The notes below the pieces were generated by a model. That model saw only the letters and a list, made by a program, of their open reading frames with translations. It did no database searches and was not told the origin of the DNA. This document shows positions 26,424 through 35,839 of a stretch of DNA of 64,000 nucleotides, piece after piece. Made by a program: the position numbers and the translations under genes. Numbering within the stretch: the stretch's first letter is position 1; the number at the start of each line of letters is the position of its first letter. The stretch is from Planctomicrobium piriforme. Lineage in GTDB: Bacteria; Planctomycetota; Planctomycetia; Pirellulales; UBA1268. The stretch spans positions 17,609 through 81,608 of the forward strand of contig CAMBUD010000001.1 in the NCBI GenBank assembly GCA_945871035.1. Direction: 5' to 3'.

Positions 26424-28288
26424 GCGGGACAGACGGCGATTCTAACCGTGCGCCAGTCTGTCTGCCATCCTTTCGCAGTGACCTGCGTCGCATGTTCCGC
26501 TCGGCTTTGGAGCGGCTATCTGCGGATGGCGTGGTTTCGATAAAGCCCGAAGAACTCGCAGGTCTTGCCGCCGAGGTGCGCAAGACGGCCGATGCAAAGT
26601 TTGGCGATTATTCAGCCACAATGGCGATGGCGCTGGCCAAGCGGGCGGGCCTTCAACCGCGTGCAGTGGCGATGGAAATCATTGCCCGAATCGAAAGCGT
26701 ACCGGGTTTCTTAGAGCGTTTTGAAAAACCGAACGAGCCCGTTGGCCCCGGTTTCATCAATATCTGCGTGCGGGACGACGCCTTGGCCTGCGCAATCGTT
26801 GCCGCCGTGCACGATCCGCGTGTGGGGGTCGTTCCGGTGGAACGGCCCGAAACAATCGTGATCGATTACAGTTCGCCCAACGTCGCTAAACCGATGCACG
26901 TAGGACACATTCGTTCGACTGTGATCGGTGATTCACTGGCAAAAATTTTAAGGTTTCGCGGTCATAACACGATCACTGACAACCACCTCGGCGATTGGGG
27001 AACCCAATTTGGCATGATTGTTTGGGGCTGGAAGCACCTGCGCCAAGAAGACCATTTTACTGCTGATCCGACCGCCGAATTGAGCCGGCTCTATCGGCTC
27101 GTGCGCAAGCTAATCGACGCCAAGCCGGAAGAGATGGCGTGCGATGCCGAGGTGGCTGCGCTGGTTGCGCACCATCCGGATGTTGGCCGAGCCGTGCTTG
27201 CCGAAACGTTAAAGCTGCACGAGGGGGACGCTGAAAACCTTGCCCTTTGGGAGCAGTTCATGCCGGTCTGCCGGGCTGAAATTGACCGCATCTACAGTCG
27301 CTTAGGCGTGGCATTCGATCACACGCTTGGGGAGAGTTTTTATCAGCCCTTCTTGGCAGGCGTGGTAGCGGAACTTCTCGCTCAGGGGCTTGCGCAGGAG
27401 AGTCGCGGTGCAACGGCCGTATTTCTCGACGGTTATGAAACGCCGCTTTTAATCCGCAAAGCCGACGGTGCATTTCTCTACGCCACTACGGATCTGGCGG
27501 CCATCAAGTGGCGAGTTGAGCACTGGCATCCTGCGCGAATTCTTTACGTGGTCGATCATCGGCAAGGGCAGCACTTCAGTCAGTTGTTTGCCACCGCCAA
27601 GCTCTGGGGGCTTGGCGGCGTTGAGTTGGTGCATGTGGCCTTTGGCACGGTGCTCGGGGAGGATGGAAAGCCGTTCAAGACGCGGGCCGGCGACACGGTG
27701 GGGCTGGAATCCTTGCTGGATGAGGGGGTGATGCGTGCGAGACAGATCTTGGGCAACAGCGATGAAGGGCGTGGCGGCACCGGGATGGGCGATGACGACC
27801 GCCGCCACATTGCCGAGACGGTGGGCATCGGTGCAATCAAATATGCCGATCTCGCGCAGAACCGCACAACAGACTCGGTCTTTAGTTTTGATAAAATGCT
27901 GCAACTGACCGGCAACACAGCCGCCTACATGCAGTATGCGGTGGCGCGAGTGGAAGGGATTTTTGCCAAGGCAGGTATCGACCGCCAACAACTGCGCACG
28001 GCGACACAAGCGGTGCGGTTGGCCGATCGTCGCGAGCGCACGTTAGCGTTAGAGTTGCTACGATTTGGCGAGGTTCTGGAGGATGTTGAGGCTGACTACC
28101 GGCCGAACCTGCTCACGGCCTGGCTTTACGATTTGGCCGGTTTTTACTCAACGTTTTACGATGCACTACCGGTGCTCAAGGCCGCAGGTGATGACCGCAA
28201 CAACAGGTTGATGCTCTGCGATCTGACGGGCCGTATTCTGCGCAAAGGACTCGAACTCCTCGGCATTGGCACTGTTGAGAAAATGTAA
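26420..28288 (+). CDS. argS: arginine--tRNA ligase
   Basis: 'SSPNVAKPMHVGHIRSTVIGDSLAKI', and a C-terminal anticodon-binding domain ending '...GIGTVEKM'. The start overlaps the rsfS stop (ATGA). Confidence 0.95.
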   Translation: MSGTDGDSNRAPVCLPSFRSDLRRMFRSALERLSADGVVSIKPEELAGLAAEVRKTADAKFGDYSATMAMALAKRAGLQPRAVAMEIIARIESVPGFLERFEKPNEPVGPGFINICVRDDALACAIVAAVHDPRVGVVPVERPETIVIDYSSPNVAKPMHVGHIRSTVIGDSLAKILRFRGHNTITDNHLGDWGTQFGMIVWGWKHLRQEDHFTADPTAELSRLYRLVRKLIDAKPEEMACDAEVAALVAHHPDVGRAVLAETLKLHEGDAENLALWEQFMPVCRAEIDRIYSRLGVAFDHTLGESFYQPFLAGVVAELLAQGLAQESRGATAVFLDGYETPLLIRKADGAFLYATTDLAAIKWRVEHWHPARILYVVDHRQGQHFSQLFATAKLWGLGGVELVHVAFGTVLGEDGKPFKTRAGDTVGLESLLDEGVMRARQILGNSDEGRGGTGMGDDDRRHIAETVGIGAIKYADLAQNRTTDSVFSFDKMLQLTGNTAAYMQYAVARVEGIFAKAGIDRQQLRTATQAVRLADRRERTLALELLRFGEVLEDVEADYRPNLLTAWLYDLAGFYSTFYDALPVLKAAGDDRNNRLMLCDLTGRILRKGLELLGIGTVEKM

Positions 28289-28312
28289 TAAGTAGGGATC
28301 AAGATAGTCACC

Positions 28313-30412
28313 ATGAGCCACCGGCTAGAAAATATCCGCAACATCGGGATCGTTGCTCACATTGATGCCGGTAAGACTACGCTCACAGAGCGCATGCTCT
28401 TTTACACCAAGACCAGTCATCGGCTGGGCGAGGTGGATCGCGGTACAACGATTACCGACTTCGACCCCGAGGAGCAGGAACGGGGCATCACGATCTATTC
28501 TGCTGCGGTGACCTTTCGTTGGCAGGATGTAACGGTGAATCTGATCGACACGCCTGGCCACGTCGATTTTACGGCTGAAGTGGAGCGCAGCCTGCGAGTG
28601 CTGGACGGCGCAGTAGTCGTTTTTTCAGCACGAGAAGGAGTCGAGGCGCAGAGCGAAACGGTCTGGCGGCAGGCCGATAAATACCATGTGCCCAGGATCG
28701 CACTGATCAACAAACTCGATCGAGAAGGAGCCGATTTTTTTGGCACTGTCAACCAGATCACAAACAGGCTCGCCGCACGACCGCTGGTGCTGCATGTGCC
28801 GCTGGGCCTTGGGCCGGCGCACGTTAAGGAGCCCTTTCGTGGGCTAATCGATCTGGTGGAGATGCGGTTAGTAACATTTCCGCCGAAGGAGGAGACACTC
28901 TCTGGCGGAGCAGCCCTTACCACTGTGATGCATTCAGAGATCCCAGCGGAGATGGTCGCTGTTGCTACCCAATGGCGAGAGCATCTGATTGCAGCACTCT
29001 TTGATTTCTCTGATGAGGTGGCGGAACTGGTGCTGGCGGAGTTGCCGATTCCCGTTGAGTTGATGCGGAAAGTGATTCGACAGGCAACCATTGCCCGGCA
29101 GGTCGTGCCTGTGCTGGCTGGTTCGGCATTGGCTTGCATCGGGATGCAAGCGGTGCTGGATGCCGTAGCGTGGTACCTACCGAGCCCAGCCGATGTGCCG
29201 CCGGTGGAGGGCTTGGACGTGTCTGAGAAAAACCCGACTACCATCGCGCGCAAGCCCGATCCAAAGGCCGCGTTTTGTGGACTCGTTTTCAAGATTGTGG
29301 CCGATAAACACGGAGATTTACACTACGTTCGCATCTATTCAGGCACGCTGAGGGCGGGCAGTCGGGCGTGGAATCCTCTGCGACAAAAAAAAGAAAACAT
29401 CGCGCAGCTCTGGCACTTGCAGGCAGACCGGCGCGAGCAGGTCGACTCCGGTGAAGCGGGCGATATCATCGGTGTTATTGGTCCTCGGGCGAGCATGACT
29501 GGTGACACGCTCTGCGATTTTGCCGCACCGATTCTGTTGGAGACGATTCAGTTTCCGGAAACCGTGATCTCAATGGCCATCGAGCCGGAAACAAGTTTAG
29601 AGCGAAAAAAACTCTCGGAAGCGCTTGAGATGATGAAGCGTCAGGATCCTACTTTTCGCGCCAGTGAGAGCGAGGACACTGGGCAGACGTTGATCTCTGG
29701 CATGGGAGAACTGCATCTGGAGGTGATTCGTCACCGGCTCGAACGTGAATTTAACCTCCACTGCCGTGTGCACAAACCGCGCGTAAGTTACAAGGAAACG
29801 CTGAAAAAATGCGTGCAGGTCACGGGCCATGCCAATCGACAGGTGGCAGGACAAACGCTTGTTGCCACCGTCACTCTGCGCGCTGAACCAATCGATGATC
29901 AGGCCAGTGTGCAGGTGGAGCAGGGTTGGTTTCCGGAGTCCGAAGTGTCTGCCGCAATCGCCGCCACCATGACAACTGCCGTTCGGGAATCGGCCGAGCG
30001 CGGCGGTCTCAAGAGTTGTCCCCTCTGGGCGTTGCGAATTGTTCTGCTAGAGAGCCTCTTGCCCGACCCGCCTCCTTCCGACGTGGCAATCCGTATTGCT
30101 GCTGCCGATGCGATCGAGAACATGCTCACCGCAGCGGGCACGGTGCTATTGGAGCCGATCATGAAGGTGGAAGTCAGCGTGCCGGAGGAGTATCTAGGCG
30201 ATGTGATCAATGACCTGCAGCAGCGTCGGGCAATCATTACGAGTTCTTCCATTCGAGGGGGTGTCACGGTGCTCGATGCCGAGGCCCCTCTTTCCAGCAT
30301 GTTTGGCTATTCTGCCGCCGTGCGCAGCGTGAGCCAGGGGCGTGCAAGTTTCACGATGGCACCGCTTAAATATGGCCCCGCATCCACAGAGGCCGCAGAG
30401 GCTTTTGTCTGA
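28313..30412 (+). CDS. fusA: elongation factor G family GTPase (looks EF-G2-like)
   Basis: 'NIGIVAHIDAGKTTLTERMLFYT', 'DTPGHVDFTAEVERSLRVLDGAV', 'NKLDR'. The length of 699 aa matches a five-domain EF-G. Confidence 0.9.
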   Translation: MSHRLENIRNIGIVAHIDAGKTTLTERMLFYTKTSHRLGEVDRGTTITDFDPEEQERGITIYSAAVTFRWQDVTVNLIDTPGHVDFTAEVERSLRVLDGAVVVFSAREGVEAQSETVWRQADKYHVPRIALINKLDREGADFFGTVNQITNRLAARPLVLHVPLGLGPAHVKEPFRGLIDLVEMRLVTFPPKEETLSGGAALTTVMHSEIPAEMVAVATQWREHLIAALFDFSDEVAELVLAELPIPVELMRKVIRQATIARQVVPVLAGSALACIGMQAVLDAVAWYLPSPADVPPVEGLDVSEKNPTTIARKPDPKAAFCGLVFKIVADKHGDLHYVRIYSGTLRAGSRAWNPLRQKKENIAQLWHLQADRREQVDSGEAGDIIGVIGPRASMTGDTLCDFAAPILLETIQFPETVISMAIEPETSLERKKLSEALEMMKRQDPTFRASESEDTGQTLISGMGELHLEVIRHRLEREFNLHCRVHKPRVSYKETLKKCVQVTGHANRQVAGQTLVATVTLRAEPIDDQASVQVEQGWFPESEVSAAIAATMTTAVRESAERGGLKSCPLWALRIVLLESLLPDPPPSDVAIRIAAADAIENMLTAAGTVLLEPIMKVEVSVPEEYLGDVINDLQQRRAIITSSSIRGGVTVLDAEAPLSSMFGYSAAVRSVSQGRASFTMAPLKYGPASTEAAEAFV

Positions 30413-30479
30413 AAAATGAGGATGCCTGGGACGATTTCCAGTGGCTTTGGTCGGATGAATGCCGAGAAATTGCAGTGTG

Positions 30480-30508
30480 TTGACATGGGGCGTGGTGATT
30501 CTTAGATT
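30480..30508 (+). promoter_or_regulatory. sigma70-like promoter candidate for rpsJ
   Basis: TTGACA (30480-30485), a 17-nt spacer, then TAGATT (30503-30508). It lies about 190 nt upstream of the rpsJ start. Confidence 0.5.
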
Positions 30509-30700
30509 CTCCTTTCCACCTGCAGCGAGGCCCGTGGCGCATGCGCCGCCGGGAAAGTCGCAAAAGGAAGCCTTTTCGGAGGCTTTCTTCGTCGATTCCA
30601 GAGGACTGTGCTTCACAGGCACAGGACCAGTGGATTGGACGCACATGTGGAAACCGAGTGGTTTGAGAGTCTGCATCGATTTTTTCTTCGGAGTTTTGCC

Positions 30701-31027
30701 GTGGCTGGTCCAACGCAGGAAATTATTCGCATCCGTATGGAGGCCTACGATCACGCCGTGCTTGATCAAAGTGCTGCGGAGATTGTGGATACTGCCAAAC
30801 GTACAAACTCTGAAGTTCATGGCCCGATTCCATTGCCGACTAGGATTGAGCGCTACACCGTGCTCTCCGGCCCTCACGTCGATAAAAAAGCCCGTCAACA
30901 GTACGAAATTCGAACGCACAAGCGGGTGATTGATATCGTGCAGGCAACTGCCAAGACAATCGAGGCTCTCAATAAGCTGAGCCTGCCCGCCGGTGTCGAT
31001 ATTAAAATCAAAGCTTCCTCGCGGTAG
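30701..31027 (+). CDS. rpsJ: 30S ribosomal protein S10
   Basis: '[42 protein letters not shown]'. The GTG at 30701 has GGAG 7 nt upstream. The ORF-track start at 30608 would add a non-homologous N-terminus. Confidence 0.95.
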   Translation: MAGPTQEIIRIRMEAYDHAVLDQSAAEIVDTAKRTNSEVHGPIPLPTRIERYTVLSGPHVDKKARQQYEIRTHKRVIDIVQATAKTIEALNKLSLPAGVDIKIKASSR

Positions 31028-31246
31028 TTCTTCGAGGCAGAAAAAAAGTTTTTCAAGTTTAGATATTTTCACTTTTAGGAATAGGAGCGCAGAAAACGGC
31101 ATGCTTGGAAGGTGGTGTGGGTAAGGCTTGGGCGGCTTTCGCCTAGGTGCTCCTGCAGCCAAAGGCTTCGAGCGTGATCGCGAGCTATTTCCGGACGGCT
31201 GTCTGCTGACAGTCGGCCGCTAAAAATTGTCTCAATTGCGGTAGCG

Positions 31247-32023
31247 ATGGGTGTACAAAAAGTGACTGCTCGCGAGCTTCCTGGACGCAAGGGCTTGCTG
31301 GGCCGAAAAATCGGAATGACGCAGGTCTTTGCCGCTGATGGCACCGCGATTCCAGTGACGGTGATCGAGGCTGGTCCCTGCCCGGTCACGATGGTGCGGT
31401 CGGTTGAGCGGGACGGATATTCCGCCGTTCAGATCGGTTTTCTCGACAAGCCCCGCCGGCTGGCCAGTCGCTCGATTCGAGGCCAGGTTGCCAAGCTCGA
31501 CAGCAAGCGCAGCAAGCGTCTTTCGGCCGGTGGTGTGACGCTTCTTCCCAAGCCCGCTTGCGAACCGCAGCGGCTTGTCGGCGAGCTGCGTGGAGTGTTT
31601 GAAGGGGCAGCGGTCGGGCAGGTGCTGACTGTTGATCTCTTTGAGGGCGTGGTGTCGGTTGACGTCACCGGCACGAGTAAGGGCCGCGGCACAGCGGGCG
31701 TGATGAAGCGTCATGGCTTTCACGGTCAGCGTGCTTCCCACGGCGTCAAAAAGGTGCACCGTCATCAAGGCGGCACTGGCATGAATACTTCCCCGGGTCG
31801 AGTTTTTAAGGGGAAACGAATGGCAGGTCGTTTTGGTAACGAACGTTCAACCATGCGAAACCTGGCGCTTGTGCGCATCGACCGCGAGAAAAATTTGCTG
31901 CTGGTGCGCGGGGCAATCCCAGGTCCTAACGGCAGTTATGTGACGGTCCGACAAACAAATATGCTCCGTAGGGTCGGCACTGCGCCGGCTACCGCAGCCA
32001 AGAAGAAGGCGGGTGCCAAGTGA
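31247..32023 (+). CDS. rplC: 50S ribosomal protein L3 (extended)
   Basis: 'GLLGRKIGMTQVFAADGTAIPVTVIEAGPCPV', 'GKGTAGVMKRHGF'. Confidence 0.95.
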   Translation: MGVQKVTARELPGRKGLLGRKIGMTQVFAADGTAIPVTVIEAGPCPVTMVRSVERDGYSAVQIGFLDKPRRLASRSIRGQVAKLDSKRSKRLSAGGVTLLPKPACEPQRLVGELRGVFEGAAVGQVLTVDLFEGVVSVDVTGTSKGRGTAGVMKRHGFHGQRASHGVKKVHRHQGGTGMNTSPGRVFKGKRMAGRFGNERSTMRNLALVRIDREKNLLLVRGAIPGPNGSYVTVRQTNMLRRVGTAPATAAKKKAGAK

Positions 32024-32814
32024 ATCTTGCCGTCTACGACATTTCTGGGAAGCAGGTTGGCACCTACGACATTGATCCGGCTGAGTTGGCGCCGTCCATC
32101 AGCAAGCAGTTGCTGCACGATGCAGTGGTGATGTATCAGGCTAATTTGCGGCAGGGCACGATGCGCACTAAAACTCGAGGCGAGGTGCGCGGTTCCACGA
32201 AGAAACTCTATCGCCAGAAGGGCACGGGAAACGCCCGCGCCGGTGGTCGTCGCAGTGGTACGCGGCGGGGCGGCGGTCATATCTTTGCCAAGCGTCCCCG
32301 TGACTTTGGCTGGCGCATGCCTAAGAAGGCTCTCAGGACCGCTACTCGCATGGCGTTGGCCGCCAAATTCGCAGACGACGAGGTCAAGCTCATCGATACA
32401 TTGCCATTCACCGAGCCCAAGACGGCGGCTATGGCTCGCCTGCTCAATGTGCTTGGTTTGGATGAGCATACGGTGCTTGTGTCGCCAGAAAAGCACGACG
32501 ACAATCTTTGGAAAAGTGCACGCAACATCGAGGGCGTTTCGGTTGCTCCGGTGGGTGAGTTGAATGCCTATTCGATTTTGAGACCGCGTAAAATCCTCAT
32601 GACAACCGCGGCAATCGATGCGTTTAGGGCCACGGTCGCTGAGCGAGCCAAGCCGCTGGTGGCCGATGGCAGCCTGACCACAAAGCCCAGAGGCAAAAAA
32701 GTGACAAAGCCAAAGCCAAAAGCAAAGGCCAGGATAGTTGTCGACAAATTGACCAAGCCTGCCCGGGCCGCGGCCAAGCCTTTGGCCGAAGTGGCTGAGA
32801 AAGGAAAGCTCTAA
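32020..32814 (+). CDS. rplD: 50S ribosomal protein L4 (Lys-rich C-terminal extension)
   Basis: 'RQGTMRTKTRGEVRGSTKKLYRQKGTGNARAG', plus position in the cluster. Confidence 0.95.
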   Translation: MNLAVYDISGKQVGTYDIDPAELAPSISKQLLHDAVVMYQANLRQGTMRTKTRGEVRGSTKKLYRQKGTGNARAGGRRSGTRRGGGHIFAKRPRDFGWRMPKKALRTATRMALAAKFADDEVKLIDTLPFTEPKTAAMARLLNVLGLDEHTVLVSPEKHDDNLWKSARNIEGVSVAPVGELNAYSILRPRKILMTTAAIDAFRATVAERAKPLVADGSLTTKPRGKKVTKPKPKAKARIVVDKLTKPARAAAKPLAEVAEKGKL

Positions 32815-32816
32815 GC

Positions 32817-33137
32817 ATGGCTGTCCCCACTCCTCCGGCACCGAGTTTTTCGCCCCGCTTAACGCCTCATCAGGTGATTGTGCGTCCCTTGGTGACTGAA
32901 AAGGGCATGCACCGTGCCAACAGGCACAATGCCTATTCGTTTGAGGTTGTTGTGGCGGCCAACAAGGCCGACATCCGCCGGGCTGTCGAAGAGCTGTTTA
33001 GCGTTCAGGTTGAAAAAGTTGCTGTGCAGAATCGAGTCGGAAAAATGCGTCGCAGTCGGATGCGGCGCACCAGCACCAAGGCATGGAAGAAGGCGATCGT
33101 AACGCTCAAGCCTGATTTCAAGATTAATCTGTTCTAA
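32817..33137 (+). CDS. rplW: 50S ribosomal protein L23
   Basis: '[12 protein letters not shown]...YSFEV...[17 protein letters not shown]'. Confidence 0.95.
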   Translation: MAVPTPPAPSFSPRLTPHQVIVRPLVTEKGMHRANRHNAYSFEVVVAANKADIRRAVEELFSVQVEKVAVQNRVGKMRRSRMRRTSTKAWKKAIVTLKPDFKINLF

Positions 33138-33153
33138 GAGAAAATTCACCGTT

Positions 33154-34011
33154 ATGGGCATTCGTACATACAATCCGACCAGTCCCGGCAGACGCAATTC
33201 AAGCGTTTGTGATTTTGCCGAACTCACGCCTGGCGCCGAGGTGCCTAAGCATCTGCGTTTTCGCAAGTTAAAAACTGGCGGTCGCAACAATCAAGGCAAG
33301 ATCACGTCCCGTCATCGCGGCGGCGGACACAAACAGCATTACAGATTGATCGATTTTCGGCGCAATAAAGATGGCGTTGCGGGACGAGTGGATTCAATTC
33401 AATACGATCCCAACCGCACCTGCCGGGTTGCGTTGGTGCATTATGCCGATGGTGAGAAGCGATTCATTCTCGCACCGGAGGGGCTCCTGGTCGGGACCAC
33501 GGTACAAAGTGGAGAAACCGCTGTGCCGGAGGTGGGCAACTGCCTGCCGATGTCGGCCATTCCTCTGGGCATGCAGATTCACAACATTGAGTTGCAGGCC
33601 GGACGCGGCGGTCGGCTCTGTCGGTCGGCTGGCTCGTCGGCTGTATTGGTGGCCCGCGAGGCTCAGTGGGCGCAGATCACGTTGCCGTCTGGTGAAATTC
33701 GCCGCGTGCCGGCAGCATGCCGAGCAACCATTGGTGCCATCGGCAATTCCGAACACATGAATGTGGTCTTAGGAAAAGCTGGTCGCAAGCGCTGGATGGG
33801 TATTCGCCCAACGGTCCGTGGTACAGCCATGAATCCGATTGATCATCCGCACGGTGGTGGTGAAGGTCGCACGAAGGGTGGCCGCCATCCGGTGAGCCCC
33901 ACGGGAAAGAGCGCCAAGGGCGGCGGCACACGCAAGCCACGAAAAGCTTCGAGCACATCCATTCTGCGACGCCGTAAGAGCCGCCGCTATGGCCAGTTAA
34001 AAATAAGGTAA
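33154..34011 (+). CDS. rplB: 50S ribosomal protein L2
   Basis: '[18 protein letters not shown]', '[15 protein letters not shown]'. Confidence 0.97.
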   Translation: MGIRTYNPTSPGRRNSSVCDFAELTPGAEVPKHLRFRKLKTGGRNNQGKITSRHRGGGHKQHYRLIDFRRNKDGVAGRVDSIQYDPNRTCRVALVHYADGEKRFILAPEGLLVGTTVQSGETAVPEVGNCLPMSAIPLGMQIHNIELQAGRGGRLCRSAGSSAVLVAREAQWAQITLPSGEIRRVPAACRATIGAIGNSEHMNVVLGKAGRKRWMGIRPTVRGTAMNPIDHPHGGGEGRTKGGRHPVSPTGKSAKGGGTRKPRKASSTSILRRRKSRRYGQLKIR

Positions 34012-34045
34012 CCAATAAAGCGGGTGTTTCTGCCCGTCAAACATC

Positions 34046-34345
34046 ATGGGACGCAGTTCTAAAAAAGGTCCGTTTATTGATCCACGCCTCTTTGAAAAGG
34101 TCGAGGTTCAGCTTGCTTCAGGCAAGCGAGATCCGATCAAAACATGGGCTCGTTCTTGCACGATAGTTCCCGAATTCATCGGCCTTACGTTCATGGTTCA
34201 TAACGGCAAGCAGCATCTAAAAGTGTTTGTTACTGAGGACATGGTTGGTCACAAGTTGGGCGAATTTTCACCCACGCGGACATTCCGTGGTCACGGCGGC
34301 AAAGTCAAAGAATCGACCGCACCGGCGCCGGCAGGCAAGAAGTAA
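34046..34345 (+). CDS. rpsS: 30S ribosomal protein S19
   Basis: '[14 protein letters not shown]', '[18 protein letters not shown]'. Confidence 0.97.
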   Translation: MGRSSKKGPFIDPRLFEKVEVQLASGKRDPIKTWARSCTIVPEFIGLTFMVHNGKQHLKVFVTEDMVGHKLGEFSPTRTFRGHGGKVKESTAPAPAGKK

Positions 34346-34366
34346 GATTCAGCAGCGAGAAAATCC

Positions 34367-34702
34367 ATGCCCTACACAGCCACACACAAATACGCCCGGA
34401 TCAGTGCCCGCAAGGTGCGCGCATTGGCGAATCTGGTGCGCGGAAAATTTGCTGACGACGCCCTTGATATCTTAAAATTTCAGCCGCACCGTGGGGCGCG
34501 AATGCTTGAGAAGGTCATCAAGAGCGCGTTGGGAAATGCCGAGCATCAGCAGGCTTCTGGCGTGGATGATTTAGTGGTGGTCGATGCGCGCATCGACGAA
34601 GGGCCGATGTTTAAAAGAATTCGTCCGCGAGCCAGGGGCATGGCCTTTGGTATCAAGCGGCGGATGGCGCACATAAAAGTCGCGCTCGACGCGGTGCAGT
34701 AA
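34367..34702 (+). CDS. rplV: 50S ribosomal protein L22
   Basis: 'ARISARKVRALANLVRGK', 'MFKRIRPRARGMAFGIKRRMAHI'. Confidence 0.96.
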   Translation: MPYTATHKYARISARKVRALANLVRGKFADDALDILKFQPHRGARMLEKVIKSALGNAEHQQASGVDDLVVVDARIDEGPMFKRIRPRARGMAFGIKRRMAHIKVALDAVQ

Positions 34703-34728
34703 CCAGCATTCAAAAGGGCGAGTGTCAC

Positions 34729-35424
34729 ATGGGTCAAAAAGTTCATCCAGTCGGTTTTCGTACGGGCATCACTGAGCCGTGGAAGAGCCGTTGGTACGCT
34801 ACAAAAAAGGAGTTTCGCGATCTTCTCCTCGAAGATTTCAAGGTGCGGAAGTTTTTGAAGACAAAATACCGTGCGGCTGCTATTCCCAAGATTGAGATCG
34901 AGCGCACACGCGATGAAGTGCGTGTCATTCTGCATTCAGCGCGGCCGGGCGTCATCATTGGTCGCAAGGGACAGGAAGTCGATAGGCTGCAGGGCGAGTT
35001 GCAGGACCTGCTCGGTCGGCGTGTGAATTTGAAGGTCGAGGAGGTTTCGCGGCCCGAGATCCAGGCCCAACTCATTGCCGAAGACATTGCCGATCAATTG
35101 GTCAAGCGGGCAGCGTTTCGCCGCACTCTCAAGCGGTCCATCGATACGACAATGGATGCCGGTGCCAAGGGTGTCAAAATTCAACTGGCCGGTCGTCTGG
35201 GCGGTGCGGAAATGTCGCGCTGCGAAAAAAGCATCGCTGGTTCGGTGCCGTTGTCGACGCTGCGAGCCAAGATCGACTACGGCTTCTGCGAAGCGGCCAC
35301 AGCACAAGGTAATATTGGAGTTCAGGTTTGGGTGAATCAAGGTATGTACGAGGAGGGTGGCAATGGCGCTGATGCCCAAGAGGGTCAAGCACCGAAAAAA
35401 CCAAAGAGGTCGTATAAGAGGTGA
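34729..35424 (+). CDS. rpsC: 30S ribosomal protein S3
   Basis: 'MGQKVHPVGFRTGI', KH domain, 'LAGRLGGAEMSR'. Confidence 0.97.
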   Translation: MGQKVHPVGFRTGITEPWKSRWYATKKEFRDLLLEDFKVRKFLKTKYRAAAIPKIEIERTRDEVRVILHSARPGVIIGRKGQEVDRLQGELQDLLGRRVNLKVEEVSRPEIQAQLIAEDIADQLVKRAAFRRTLKRSIDTTMDAGAKGVKIQLAGRLGGAEMSRCEKSIAGSVPLSTLRAKIDYGFCEAATAQGNIGVQVWVNQGMYEEGGNGADAQEGQAPKKPKRSYKR

Positions 35425-35779
35425 TGCCTCGCGCGGCAACCGCGTTGTCTTCGGCGACTTTGGCCTTCAGGCCGAGCAGCCGGGATGGCTCGCAGCCGCA
35501 ACGATCGAAGCTGGGCGCATAGCGGCTCAGCAATACCTCCGCGAGGAGGGCCGGTTATTCGTGCGCGTATTTCCTCATAAATCAATTACGTCCATCCCGC
35601 TGGAAACGCGAATGGGCAAAGGTAAAGGCGAGCCGGAATATTGGGCAGCCGTTATCAAACCAGGCACTATTCTCTATGAAATCGGCGGGGTTTCAGAGGA
35701 AGCGGCTCGGGTTTGTTTAGCGAGATTAGCGCACAAAATGCCGGTGCGCGTGCGGTTTGTAAAGCGGCGGTTGATGTAG
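35363..35779 (+). CDS. rplP: 50S ribosomal protein L16
   Basis: 'LMPKRVKHRKNQRGRIRG', 'RMGKGKGEPEYWAAVIKPG'. Candidate starts lie at 35357 (GTG), 35363 and 35372 (ATG). All of them overlap the rpsC 3' end. Confidence 0.93.
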   Translation: MALMPKRVKHRKNQRGRIRGDASRGNRVVFGDFGLQAEQPGWLAAATIEAGRIAAQQYLREEGRLFVRVFPHKSITSIPLETRMGKGKGEPEYWAAVIKPGTILYEIGGVSEEAARVCLARLAHKMPVRVRFVKRRLM

Positions 35780-35839
35780 GCAGCGAGTTTTGAATCGTGG
35801 CGGAATCAGTTTCTGGACAACTTTCGAGCAGTGGCACCA

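Noticed and set aside
30608-30700. ORF-track start for rpsJ (adding 31 aa), and similar 5' extensions for rpsE (40086), rpsN (38206), pckA (59620), gpx (61534) and ORF 58287.
   Set aside because: The extensions are non-homologous to the respective families. They overlap upstream genes or promoter and terminator signals. Internal starts with SD sequences give canonical N-termini.
30194-31162. 322-aa minus-strand ORF spanning the fusA 3' end, the S10 leader and rpsJ.
   Set aside because: It is antisense to two strongly conserved genes and has no recognisable motif. Part of it covers clearly non-coding AT-rich spacer.
31936-32841. Long antisense ORFs opposite core genes. This entry stands for 31936..32841, and also for 46109..47026, 56631..57560, 41693..42520, 28495..29292, 396..1058 and 3208..3801.
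   Set aside because: Each lies opposite a conserved r-protein or housekeeping gene (rplD, rpoA, nadE, secY, fusA, rlmL/carB, livK). All have a skewed Arg/Ala/Pro/Ser composition. I treat them as frame artefacts.
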